DNA from: Obrimoposthia wandeli
Taxonomy: Eukaryota
NCBI GenBank assembly: GCA_977020255.1
Contig: CDROCS010000228.1
Span: 744,001-808,000, forward strand
Direction: 5' to 3'
DNA length: 64,000 nt
Both the position numbers and the translations under genes were made by a program. Of the stretch, positions 1 through 9,800 are shown piece after piece; positions within the stretch are counted from its first letter, which is position 1; each line of letters opens with the position of its first letter. Below the pieces are notes generated by a model. That model made no database searches. It was not told where the DNA came from and worked only from the letters and a program-made list of their open reading frames with translations.

Positions 1-210
1 ATATTGAAAATCAGGTTTTTGAATACCTGATAGATAGTAGCTGAACTTTCTTCTTTCAATTGTCACAGGATTTACTAAAGCAATCAGTTGAGCCTTCTTC
101 AAGAATCTGACTTTGTATTTGAAATATTGTTTCACTTCTTCATACATATCCTTATCCGATTCTTCAAACATTTCTTCGTCATCGCTTAATACCCGTTGGC
201 TATCATCCAT
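1..210 (-). CDS. 5' part of an unknown element-A ORF running off the window edge (MDDSQRVLSDDEEMFEESDKDMYEEVKQYFKYKVRFLKK...)
   Basis: Hand translation gives 70 open codons from ATG at 210 to position 1. It is divergent from the TBP-like gene across a CCAAT/TATA-containing spacer. Confidence 0.45.
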   Translation of the reverse strand, partial: MDDSQRVLSDDEEMFEESDKDMYEEVKQYFKYKVRFLKKAQLIALVNPVTIERRKFSYYLSGIQKPDFQY

Positions 211-305
211 TGTTGATAATTGTCTTTGATATGAATGCATTAACTGTGATTTGTCCTCCAATGGCGCATTCTTTTATACTAATTTCTAACAAAGACATGA
301 ATCTC

Positions 306-486
306 ATTGGTTAATATAACTAAAGCATTGAATTTGATTGGACTAAATCTATATTAAAAATCAAAATTGATTGGAAGAAATATATGATCCTATTATAATA
401 GGTTTGCAAGATAATTACAAGAAACGTGCAATAAAAAAGCAGGTTCAGACATATATAAAGAAGATTTTACAGAATACAATTTCAGT
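306..486 (+). promoter_or_regulatory. Pol II promoter of the TBP-like gene: three CCAAT boxes, TATA box, arthropod-type initiator
   Basis: ATTGG at 306, 337 and 370; TATATAAAG at 452-460; TCAGT at 482-486 about 30 nt downstream; ATG at 490. Confidence 0.7.
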
Positions 487-489
487 CTA

Positions 490-1028
490 ATGAAACTCGT
501 AAATATAAATTATAAAGGTAGAACAGAAGATGATGTTTCGTACTTACCATTCAATGAATGGAAGCCGAGACAATATGTAGAAAAGTTTGACAATTTCACA
601 GTTGTTATTTTTCCAACAGGTTAGTTTTTTATTTTATTTTTATATTGAATTCTTTAGGAAATTGTCGTATTATGGGATGCAAAATACCAATGCTTGGGTT
701 CAATTTACCATTTGGAATTCAAATCACTGCAATACAATCAATCAAGATTTCGGCTAATCTTGGGAAACAGATAAATCTTTTTAAAACTGCAGAGAAAATG
801 AAAGAAGAATGCATGTTTGAACCAGAAATTTTTCCTGCTCTCAGTTATTTGAAGTTTAAACCGCTATGTGTAAATATATTTTCCAGTGGTAAAGTTATGA
901 TATTGGGATTGAAAAATTTTGATTATCCAGACATAGTTGATTTGATTTTAGAAAATATATCTTATTACATCTTGTTATCTTTTTTCTATAAACAAACCCC
1001 GTTTAAACTTATTGTTTCAAATGAATAA
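490..1028 (+). CDS. TATA-binding-protein-like protein, two exons (490-619, 658-1028), 166 aa
   Basis: A 38-nt GTTAGT...TTTAG intron (620-657) joins two TBP-type repeats in frame: LVNINY...TVVIFPTGNCRIMGCK and IQSIKISANL...FEPEIFPALSY...VNIFSSGKVMILGLK. Compare TBP ALIFASGKMVVTGAK and YEPELFPGLIY...LLIFVSGKIVLTGAK. Confidence 0.85.
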
Positions 1029-1293
1029 TACTATAAATAGAGACAATGAAGTGGATCATCTTTCCGACGAAATATTTTCTGGAAAAATTAGGGGTAAAGA
1101 AATTTTATCAGAATTAAAAAATAATGATATAACAAGAGATAACATTGAAATATTGGTTAGATCACACGTTATTCGAGAATTTAGAAATCGTACACAAATA
1201 AATAAAATTATAGCCAAATATTCATTAATTAATTTTTGTATTTCATCTACAATAGCTCTAACATTGTACATTTCAATAAGGAAACTTCTATGA
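1021..1293 (+). CDS. Small protein with a C-terminal hydrophobic (putative transmembrane) segment
   Basis: ATG at 1021 overlaps the end of the TBP-like gene; C-terminus reads YSLINFCISSTIALTLYISIRKLL. Confidence 0.6.
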   Translation: MNNTINRDNEVDHLSDEIFSGKIRGKEILSELKNNDITRDNIEILVRSHVIREFRNRTQINKIIAKYSLINFCISSTIALTLYISIRKLL

Positions 1294-1330
1294 TAATATA
1301 AACAATATTAAAAATGAAAGAGTATATGCA

Positions 1331-1978
1331 ATGGAGCTAAATAATAATGCTGTATTTCAAATAGTTGGCCCAAGTAGAAGTGGAAAGACACATTTCGTCT
1401 GTAAATTGTTGCAAAATGAATCTCTTTTCAAATCTAGTTTCAAAAATATTTATTGGCATCATGGTGGAGGAGGGGAAAGCGGGTTAACCAAAACAGAAGT
1501 TTGCAAGTTGAAGGGTATAAAATTTATTGAAGGATTTGATGCAAATTGGTGTGAAAGATTGAAAAAAGAAGATGTAATAATAATTGATGATTTGTATGAG
1601 GAGGCTAACAAGGAATCGGACTTTAATAATTTATTTACAAAGATTGCAAGACATCGTGAAGTTACAGTTATATTTATCACTCAAAATCTGTTTCACCAAG
1701 GAGGTCACCATAGAACAAGAAATCTTAATGTACATTACTTAGTTTTATTTAAAAATCCTAGAGATCAAACAGTTGTTGATTTTGTGGCCAGACAGGCATT
1801 TCCTCAAAATAAGAACTTTCTAGTTGATTCATTCCACGATGCTGCTAAACAAGCACATGGGTATATATTTATTGACTTTACACAAGCTTGCCCAGATGAT
1901 TTACGTGTTTTAACAGACATATTTAATTATAAGGGAGTAACTGTTTATAAACAAATAGAGAACAATTATAAAAAATAA
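1331..1978 (+). CDS. A32/FtsK-HerA family DNA packaging ATPase
   Basis: Walker A GPSRSGKT, Walker B VIIIDD, arginine-finger/motif III ARHREVTVIFITQNLF. Intact ORF. Confidence 0.92.
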   Translation: MELNNNAVFQIVGPSRSGKTHFVCKLLQNESLFKSSFKNIYWHHGGGGESGLTKTEVCKLKGIKFIEGFDANWCERLKKEDVIIIDDLYEEANKESDFNNLFTKIARHREVTVIFITQNLFHQGGHHRTRNLNVHYLVLFKNPRDQTVVDFVARQAFPQNKNFLVDSFHDAAKQAHGYIFIDFTQACPDDLRVLTDIFNYKGVTVYKQIENNYKK

Positions 1979-1985
1979 ATTCGCA

Positions 1986-2126
1986 ATGCCTTTTACAAAG
2001 TTGATAGTAAAACGTAAAGTAAAATCTAAGATATCAAAAAAAAGAATCATTAAGAAAAAAGAAGTGAAAAGATTAATCAAATCTGTAGTTAAAAATAAAA
2101 AAAAACTTAAATTGCTTCGAATATAA
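1986..2126 (+). CDS. 46-aa highly basic protein, candidate DNA-condensing core protein
   Basis: Hand translation MPFTKLIVKRKVKSKISKKRIIKKKEVKRLIKSVVKNKKKLKLLRI* has 21 K/R in 46 residues. It fills the gap between the ATPase and the next core gene and is below the ORF-track length cutoff. Confidence 0.55.
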   Translation: MPFTKLIVKRKVKSKISKKRIIKKKEVKRLIKSVVKNKKKLKLLRI

Positions 2127-2157
2127 ACAATATTTAAATTGAACCTTTTTTATTAAA

Positions 2158-2487
2158 ATGAAGAAAATACAAAGAAGCATACCCTATTTTAAAGCTTTAG
2201 TCAAAGCCTCTTCTAATAAGAGAATGATTATTCTTAAAGCATTTCCAACCTTTGTTGTAGATGATCTATTGGAAGTTTTATATAATATAGTTTTGGGTCG
2301 AGTAAAAGTTGGAAATCGGAAAAATATATTAAAGAAATATAGAAAAACTCTTCTAGATATTGCTAATGTAAAAAGTAAAAAAAGGAAACGAAATATTATT
2401 CTTAAACAGAATGGTGGTTTCATAGGGGCTGTTATTCCAGCTGTTGCTTCAATTATCAGTAGTATTATAGCTGCGACACGTTCATAA
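2158..2487 (+). CDS. Basic core-like protein with a protease site and hydrophobic tail (adenovirus pX/mu-like architecture)
   Basis: The basic N-terminal part is followed by KQNGG|FIGAVIPAVASIISSIIAA, resembling pX MRGG|ILPLLIPLIAAAI. Confidence 0.7.
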   Translation: MKKIQRSIPYFKALVKASSNKRMIILKAFPTFVVDDLLEVLYNIVLGRVKVGNRKNILKKYRKTLLDIANVKSKKRKRNIILKQNGGFIGAVIPAVASIISSIIAATRS

Positions 2488-2515
2488 ACAATTATTTCTA
2501 AAATCAGCTAAAGAT

Positions 2516-2743
2516 ATGGGTGCTAGCCCTTCTTTACCTAAACTTAAATTTTCTTTCTATTCAAATTGTTGTAATGGAGAAGATATGGTTCAATCCAAAA
2601 GATCCAATTGGCTACACAGGAGTTTCAAAATTAGCAAAAAGAACAAAACAAAATTACAAGAAAACGCAGAAAACGCAGAAATGGCTGAGCGACCAGTTAG
2701 CCTACAGTCTGAACAAGCCGATGAGAAGAAGGTTTCCAACTAG
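2516..2743 (+). CDS. Possible overprinted small ORF with an N-myristoylation motif (MGASPS) and a CC pair
   Basis: An ATG-initiated 75-codon ORF overlaps the integrase start in another frame; it fits the MGxxxS consensus. Confidence 0.3.
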   Translation: MGASPSLPKLKFSFYSNCCNGEDMVQSKRSNWLHRSFKISKKNKTKLQENAENAEMAERPVSLQSEQADEKKVSN

Positions 2744-3610
2744 AGCTTACAAAACCAGCGGTCCTAATAATTTATGGCAAATGGATTTGATGGAGATGAT
2801 CCCATATTCTTCCATTAATAAGGGATATCGATATATTTTAACATGTATTGATGTATTTAGCAGGTTTGCTCGTGCAATTCCAGTTAAAGCAAAGTCTTCA
2901 ATAGCTATGCTTGAAGCCATTAAAGAAATATTAAAAGAGGACATTCCACAAAATGTGCAAACTGATTTAGGAAAAGAATTTTATAATAAGCAAGTTCAAT
3001 CATTATTTAAACAAAATAATATAAATCATTACTATGTGTTTTCACAATACAAAGCAGCAGTAGTAGAAAGATTTAATCGTACTCTAAGAGATCGAATAAA
3101 AAAGTATTTCACAAAAGAAGGAAATAAAAATGGATCCAAGTTTTACCTAAAATAATACATGCATATAATCACTCTGAACATAGAGGTCTCAAGGGAATGA
3201 GACCTGTTGATGTTACTAATAAAAACTCTATGGACATTTGGATGAACAGAAATAAAAAAGATAAAATTAAAAAAGCTAAATATAAGAAAAACGAATATGT
3301 TCGAATTTCGAAAATTAGCTCTACTCCATTTATTAAAAACTTTGATCAGAATTGGAGCGATGAAATATTTTGTATAAGTAAAATTGATCAAAAGAGTAAT
3401 CCAATAATGTATACTATTAAAGATGCTGACAATAATATCGTTCACGGTAAATTTTACGAGCAAGAACTACAAGTAATATCAAATAAACCTAGCGTTTTCC
3501 GTATTCAAAAAATATTAAAATCTAAGGGTACAGGTAAACATAAACAATACTTTGTTAAATGGCATGGTTATGCAGACCCAACTTGGATATCAGCATCTAA
3601 TATAATATGA
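2574..3610 (+). pseudogene. Retroviral-type (rve) DDE integrase with C-terminal chromodomain; one frameshift
   Basis: WQMDL, VQTDLGKEF and VVERFNRTL form the DDE triad; QYFVKWHGY...TWI is a chromodomain. The A5 run at 3126-3130 needs A6 to read GNKKWIQVLPKIIHAYNHSEH. Confidence 0.92.
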
Positions 3611-4665
3611 ATTATATGTATATGGTTTTACCAAGTAACGGATGTTTGAAGACTCAACCAGATAATGACTCTAGTAGCTTTATTATCGATTGGGAAAATT
3701 CTATAAATCTCCAAGGAGAATGGGAAGCGGCTTTAACAGAATTTTCTTTTTATTATTCTCCAATTACTATCAAAAAAAACTCACATATTTCGTTTACAAA
3801 ATAAGTTGATCATGAAAAAACAACTGAAGTTGTGATCGGGTTTGATAGTAAAGGACAATTCTAATACAATTGTATAGATAAAGAAATGAAAGTAATATTT
3901 AAAAATAACAAAGTCAGATTTAAAAATCGATTAAAATTTCTTCAAGTTATTAAAATTAATTTTGAATCTAAAAAAGAAGCTCTTCAATTCAGTTTTGATA
4001 GTGAACAAACAGTAGCTCGTAATAAACGGGATATTATCTCATCTAATTCGGTTAGAAATGTTCCTGGTAGAGTAGCAAAAGTGTTGTTACTTGAAACGAG
4101 AACAAAGACTGTAGTGGAACTGAAAACGTTTTCAAAAGATTATAACATAGATAGTGAAGTGAATTTCTGTAAATTAATACAGAAGGAATGTAGTGAATAT
4201 TTGGATAAATGTGAAACATTAAATGGTAAATTAACGTTTACAGTAAAGAGCAATATAAAACGAGTTTCATTTGATGATAAACTCGCTAAAAACCTTGGTT
4301 TAAACAGAAATACCTTTGAAACCCATACAATAAAAACCATAAAAGCTAAAAATAAGGCAAAACATTTAAATGCTGTTAATCATTTATATATTTATACTAA
4401 TTTAATAGAACCAACGCTTGTAGGAGGACAGCGAGTTCCACTTTTGAGAACAATATTGATATCTAAAAATGAAACTAGAGATGGGGACACTGTCGGTATG
4501 TGTATAGATCAACCAATGTATCTTCCAGTTTCTCTCTTTTCTATAAACAATATTGAAGTAAATATTAGAGTTGATTCCGGACAACTAATAGATTTCACGT
4601 ACGGGGCCAAGACAAGTTTAACAATACATTTAAGAAAACAAAATGGCGAATCCAGCAATAATTGA
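3607..4665 (+). pseudogene. Minor capsid protein (penton-like), two in-frame TAA stops
   Basis: N-terminus YMVLPSN...SSFIIDWENSINLQGEWEAALTE and C-terminus LYIYTNLIEP...PLLRTI...PMYLPV...IEVNIR...TIHLRK are typical of Polinton pentons. Both ORF-track pieces are in the same frame, separated by TAA 3802-3804 and TAA 3862-3864. Confidence 0.85.
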
Positions 4666-5020
4666 AGCTTATAGTCAAAGCCAACAAGGTGGAGAATTAC
4701 CATATTTTGTTGGTAAACAATACGGATCTGGCTGGCTTAGAACATTAGGTAGATTTGCCTTTCCTCTTTTAAAGAGACTCGGACGATTTATATCAAAATT
4801 AGGAAAGGATTACCTTTCATCTAATGACAATAAACTAATACCAACTTTTAAGAAGCATGCGCTTGATGAACTTGATAATGTTTTACCTGAAGTTGCTAAT
4901 TTGATTAGAAAACGTAAATAAAATAAAAGCCAAGGAGGTAGTGGATTTAAAAGTAAAAAGAAGCTAAAAAGTAATATAAACAAACGTAAGAATGTTGAAG
5001 GAACAATATTTGCAAAATGA
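4643..5020 (+). pseudogene. Adenovirus pVI-like maturation/membrane-lytic protein, one premature stop
   Basis: SQQGG|E is followed by amphipathic GSGWLRTLGRFAFPLLKRLG. The frame continues past TAA 4919-4921 as NKSQGGSGFKSKKKLKSNINKRKNVEGTIFAK*, with the TGA overlapping the MCP ATG (ATGA 5017-5020). Confidence 0.65.
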
Positions 5021-6244
5021 GTTGCGCCAAAACTGAATTATGTATTTTTGATAAACCGCTTCCACAAGTAGTTGTAGATAATGCTTCCTTTGAAGAAATA
5101 TTCCTAGTTAACTCAGTTTCAGGAACCACTTTAACCGATTTAGAATTTAATATTAATGGTTCCAATAGCGAGTATTTAGATTTGAATGATACTTTGCTTT
5201 ATGTTCAAATAAAAGTATTAAATCGGGATGGTACTAATTTAGATGAAAATGCCGATGTAACACCTATAAATTATCTATTTAATTCTTTATTTAATGATGC
5301 CATTGTTACTCTTAATAATGTCAAAATTGAAGGTGGAAATTCTTCCTATGCTCATAAAGCTTTGATTGAAAGTCTTTTGAATTATAGTACTGATACTCAA
5401 AATACTAATTTGGCAACCATTGGTTATGATAAAACTGATGCAACTCGCAAAGAATGGATTGCAGGTTCTAAAGCTTACGAAATGTGTGGGTCTTTGAGAT
5501 TGAATTTCTTTGAACAACCGAAATATTTAATTCCCGGTATTAATGTACATCTTCGTTTGAAACGTAATAAATGGAATTTTTCTTTGATAAGCACGGACAT
5601 TCTAAAACCTAGACTTGATATTTTGGATGCAAAATTGTATGTTCGAAGAGTTAAAACCGAGCAATCAGTTTTAATGGCACATAATATAGGAATGGAAAAA
5701 ACAATGCTTGTTATCCTATTAGAGAAACTAAACTTATATCTTATTCTTTAGGTACGGGTACACAAGCTTTTAATAAGGATCAAATTTTTGGTGATGTAAG
5801 ATTACCGAAATTCATTTTAATTTCTTTTCAAAAACTGCAAAGTTTCTAGGAAATTATACGACAGATGCAACTCAATTTGACAATCTTAATGTTGGTTCAG
5901 TAACACTTTCAAGAAATACTGATTATCGTGAAACATATAAAACAGATTTCGAAGGTAACGCTTATGCTTTGGCTTATACCCAATCTATTATTCGGAATTT
6001 GGGTCAACTAGATAAAAATATAAACAATGGTATTTCTTTCACTGACTTTAAAAAAAGCTGCCCGTTCTTCACATTTGTTTTGGCACCAGACTTTGATATA
6101 AACCAATGCCAACTACCAAAGGATGGAAATTTACGACTAGAAATTAAGTTCAATGCAGCTTCAACAAATCCTACTACGGTGCTTATTTACGGAGTATTTG
6201 ATTCGGAAATACAAATCAATAAAAACAGAACTGTCATATTATAG
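5017..6244 (+). pseudogene. Double jelly-roll major capsid protein (Polinton PY/hexon-like), two frameshifts
   Basis: CAKTELCIF...LEFNINGSNSEYLDLNDTLLYV at the start and GNLRLEIKF...VLIYGVFDSEIQINKNR at the end. One-base-short A runs at 5696-5701 and 5830-5834 explain the three reading-frame pieces. Confidence 0.9.
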
Positions 6245-6245
6245 A

Positions 6246-6644
6246 ATGGAGTAAGACATATTTTAAATTTTTATTTATTAATTTTTATTTAGTTCAAAAC
6301 AAGTAAAAGAATCAGCAGAGAAGGTCCTGGGTGATAAATTCAATGGAGTTTATCCTATTGATATGATTCCATTTTTTCAATCTGGAGGTTACATTATCAA
6401 TACTCATACTTCGAATTTACCAGGAGAACATTGGATAGCTATTTATGTTAGAGAGTGGACAATACATGTATTTGATCCACTTGCAATGTATTATCCACAC
6501 AAACTTGTTTCAACTATTCAAAAAGGACGAAGAAGAGTATTTTACAACAAGATACAATATCAGGATCCTGCGACGAGAAACTGTGGACATTTATGTATTT
6601 TATGGTTATCGTTGCAAAAACGATTAGTGTGTTATAAAAAATAA
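6246..6644 (+). CDS. Adenain-like (Ulp1 family) cysteine protease; 5-nt first exon (6246-6250), 42-nt intron, exon 6293-6644; 118 aa
   Basis: ATGGA|GTAAGA...TTTAG|T gives MDSKQVKE...FNGVYPID. Catalytic motifs GEHWIAI, FDPL and QYQ...NCGHLC are present. Confidence 0.85.
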
Positions 6645-6745
6645 AAATTTTAAATGTTTTATTTTGAATTATTTTTTAAATCTCTAAAAATTTAAGGGTA
6701 AAATAATAAAAGACATAAGACAAATTTTTTTAATACATTTATTAA
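6640..6745. terminator. Convergent polyadenylation region between the + structural cluster and the - polymerase gene
   Basis: AATAAA at 6640-6645 on + overlaps the protease stop; TTTATT (AATAAA on -) occurs near 6659 and 6738. Confidence 0.4.
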
Positions 6746-6892
6746 TCACAACATCACAATGAGATATGTCAGCAAAGATAAGGTCCATCCTAAAAATGTA
6801 TTGAAATAACAAATAAGTTAGAGTCTAGGTGCCATAGGGATCTAAAATTAAAAAAAAACTAAACTAAAAAAATCAAATAAAATGAAAACCGT

Positions 6893-9800
6893 TTAAATTC
6901 TGAAGTGTCCATAAGCCAGGCTAGCGTTCTTTTCTACCCAAAAGCGCTTGTCGTCATTACTACTCAACGCGATTTTGGTTGATTTATGGGAATACAGTTG
7001 ATGGGCTCTTGAAATAAATCTAGTTTGCTCAACGCTTTCAATACACCCAGTATCATAAACTTTCCGGTAGGCCTCATGTGTAAGATTGTTTCTTCTCACA
7101 CCCTTTGCTCTCATTGAACATGTATTATTAGATGCATGTAAACTGTAGCATTTAGACAATCATCATACGAAACCTGTCCCTCGCTTTCATCCTTAAATTT
7201 CCCGATAATGTCCTTTAAACTCATAGAGTGTAGAGGATGGTTAGCGGGATATTTATGGGTATCTAGTAAGTTGTCCCTAAACATTGCTGGTAATAATTGA
7301 TTATTTAAACTAACATTCCTACATTCTAAAAAGAAAGACAGTGTCCCCAGCTGCGATTTTAATCTCACAATTAAATTCTTGTCGGTATTTCTCCAATTCT
7401 ATGTATTGAAGCTCATACATTCTGAGTTTAGAAATGTCTAAAACCGTTTGACCTATATAACTCGGTCGATCGAGACAAATACTCTGTTTTCCTAATAACA
7501 CTGCTACCAAGTCATCTGCAATTGTAAAACTACGCTTGAAGTTGTACTTGCTAGTATATGTTATTAGTTTACGCTCATCATTGCAAAACTGTAGACAAAT
7601 ACGTTTCCGCAAATCCTCTACAGTTTTTCCAAAGAGACTATTACTTTTTAACTTGTAAAAATCTCGATCGAATTTGCTAGTGGCCAAATTATGTTTTCTT
7701 GAATTCTTCTCAATATAGTCTTTAAACACAAAGTTTTGACTGAAGCTTATAGCACGATGAATTCGAGTAACTTTCGCTCCCAACTTTAAGTAGAATTGAA
7801 GAAGCCGCCAATGCACAACATAATTCAACTTGTCTTCATGGGTTAACAATAATTTCTTAACCTTTGAATTAGGTGGGCATTGATGAACAGGCGCTACTGG
7901 AAGATCATCTAATTTATCATGCACATTGGGAGGGATTTTTATGTCCACCTCAACCAAATAGCCGACGTCGGATGAAACTGTATCAACAGTAGCCAAATCT
8001 GTCATCAACTTATTCAACTGATCCACATCATAAACCCACTTAAAGTTGGCATGAGGTAGAGGTTGAGTAAGCGCCCACCCATACAAATTATTAATATCGA
8101 TGTAGGGGAATCTCCGTGGATTGATTTTTGACAACATGATGTTTGTTGACAAAAGTCATTCCACCGCGTATACCATAATCATACATTTGATACATCGCGA
8201 GATCTTGCAGTAACTCGATATTAATTTTAAGAGTTTTTATTGCTGTTGCCCATGAAAGACCAGGTAAACTAAAGAAATGCATGGGATCTAGCCCATCTTC
8301 TGCTAAAGACTTTACACGAAAGGACTCAAAACATCAGCTAAAAGATAAATGTCTAACTTCATATAATAAAGCATATATTCGAGAAGATTTTGACAATTAT
8401 TCACCCAAAATGTACGGGCCTCATTATAGTCTTGAAGACTTACACCCTCAAATTCAGTTATGGGTGGGATTTCAGTTGTATTTTCTAAATCTGCGAAAGT
8501 TTTCGCAAATTTATACGGAAAAAATCCCCTTATCGTTAACCGAAGCTGGGAACACTGACTGTGTAATTGGCCATGCATTTAAAGATGCCGTTAAATTTTT
8601 TAAAGACCCGCTCAAAAACTGCAGAGAATCTATGAATCTTAAACTGCAGAATTCAGTATATGCAGTTAAAGATAAATATTTCTCTGAAGTTTGAGGTATA
8701 CATGAAATTTCCCAAGAGCTTAATGTACCCAACGCGTATTTAAGTATATGATGCAAATCATATCCTTTGGGGTTATGAAACACGATGGGAATGCGTGGTT
8801 TTTTAGGGAGACGACGGCCAAGGTTACAAAGGTTGCACGCCGCTCCCAAGTATCGCCCCGTAACATGATCGTGATCTCTGACTAACTTAGACTAGGTTCC
8901 ACACAAATAACATAATCTACAAGAATTAAAATTAACCCAGTCTATGCCTGTCATGATCATTGCTTGATGAGCATTGAGATCATACCACGGTTTGACAATT
9001 GTTGTTCCTAATTCCTCTAATTTTAACATAAAATCTAAAATACAATTTGGACCGGAAAATTTATGATACTGGGTAATATTGGGGCCTAAGAATAGTAGTC
9101 CTGCCGAAGCCGGTAGGTGAATACCCTCATACTGGTCGTGCAATGCTAAAATTGACTCAAAATCTGCATACACCCTGAATTCCACGGATATGCATTTTGC
9201 CCAATCCCTGACTTTTAAATTCTTATCCTTAGGCATGCTATATAGCGTATTGTCATCAGGATTCAGTGAACATAATGTCAGATGTTTGCTGTAAGAGAGC
9301 TCGGATCGGAACCCATGCAAACATCTATGACACCACTTACACCTTATCCTAACCGGTAAGGCTCCATTATCTAAATTTACAAGACGATCTAAACTGGGAA
9401 TTGCAGCATAATGGAATTTTTTATTATGTTCGAGCAAAATTAAGTTGACCTGAGTCCCCTCTTTTTTGCTCCTATAAATTACATCTACAAAAGGATTTTT
9501 AAAAATTTCTTCATCTGTTACATTAACTGGGATATCAGTATTATATTTGAATACATTAATACTCAAGTTATTAAGATGTTCAAATCTTGATATCGCAGTT
9601 AATTTAACCGGAAAATCTATTCCATGATACTGCAATTCATTTAAAAAGGGGTATATTTACTGACACGCTCTCTATGCTCAGTAATTACATCCCTTTTGAG
9701 GATGGCCAACACGCTATACAGAAAGCAAAGGTTATCACTGTTTTGTACGTTAACAATGGAACGTGAAAGTTGAAGAGATCTAGGTGAAGGAATGTATGAA

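Noticed and set aside
210-300. 31-codon minus-strand ORF MSLLEISIKECAIGG... overlapping the ATG at 210
   Set aside because: It may be a uORF or a frameshifted N-terminus, but cannot be judged with the gene truncated by the window edge.
8281-8694. 137-aa + strand ORF beginning MGSSPSS
   Set aside because: It lies antisense to conserved PolB exonuclease motifs and has no independent motif support.
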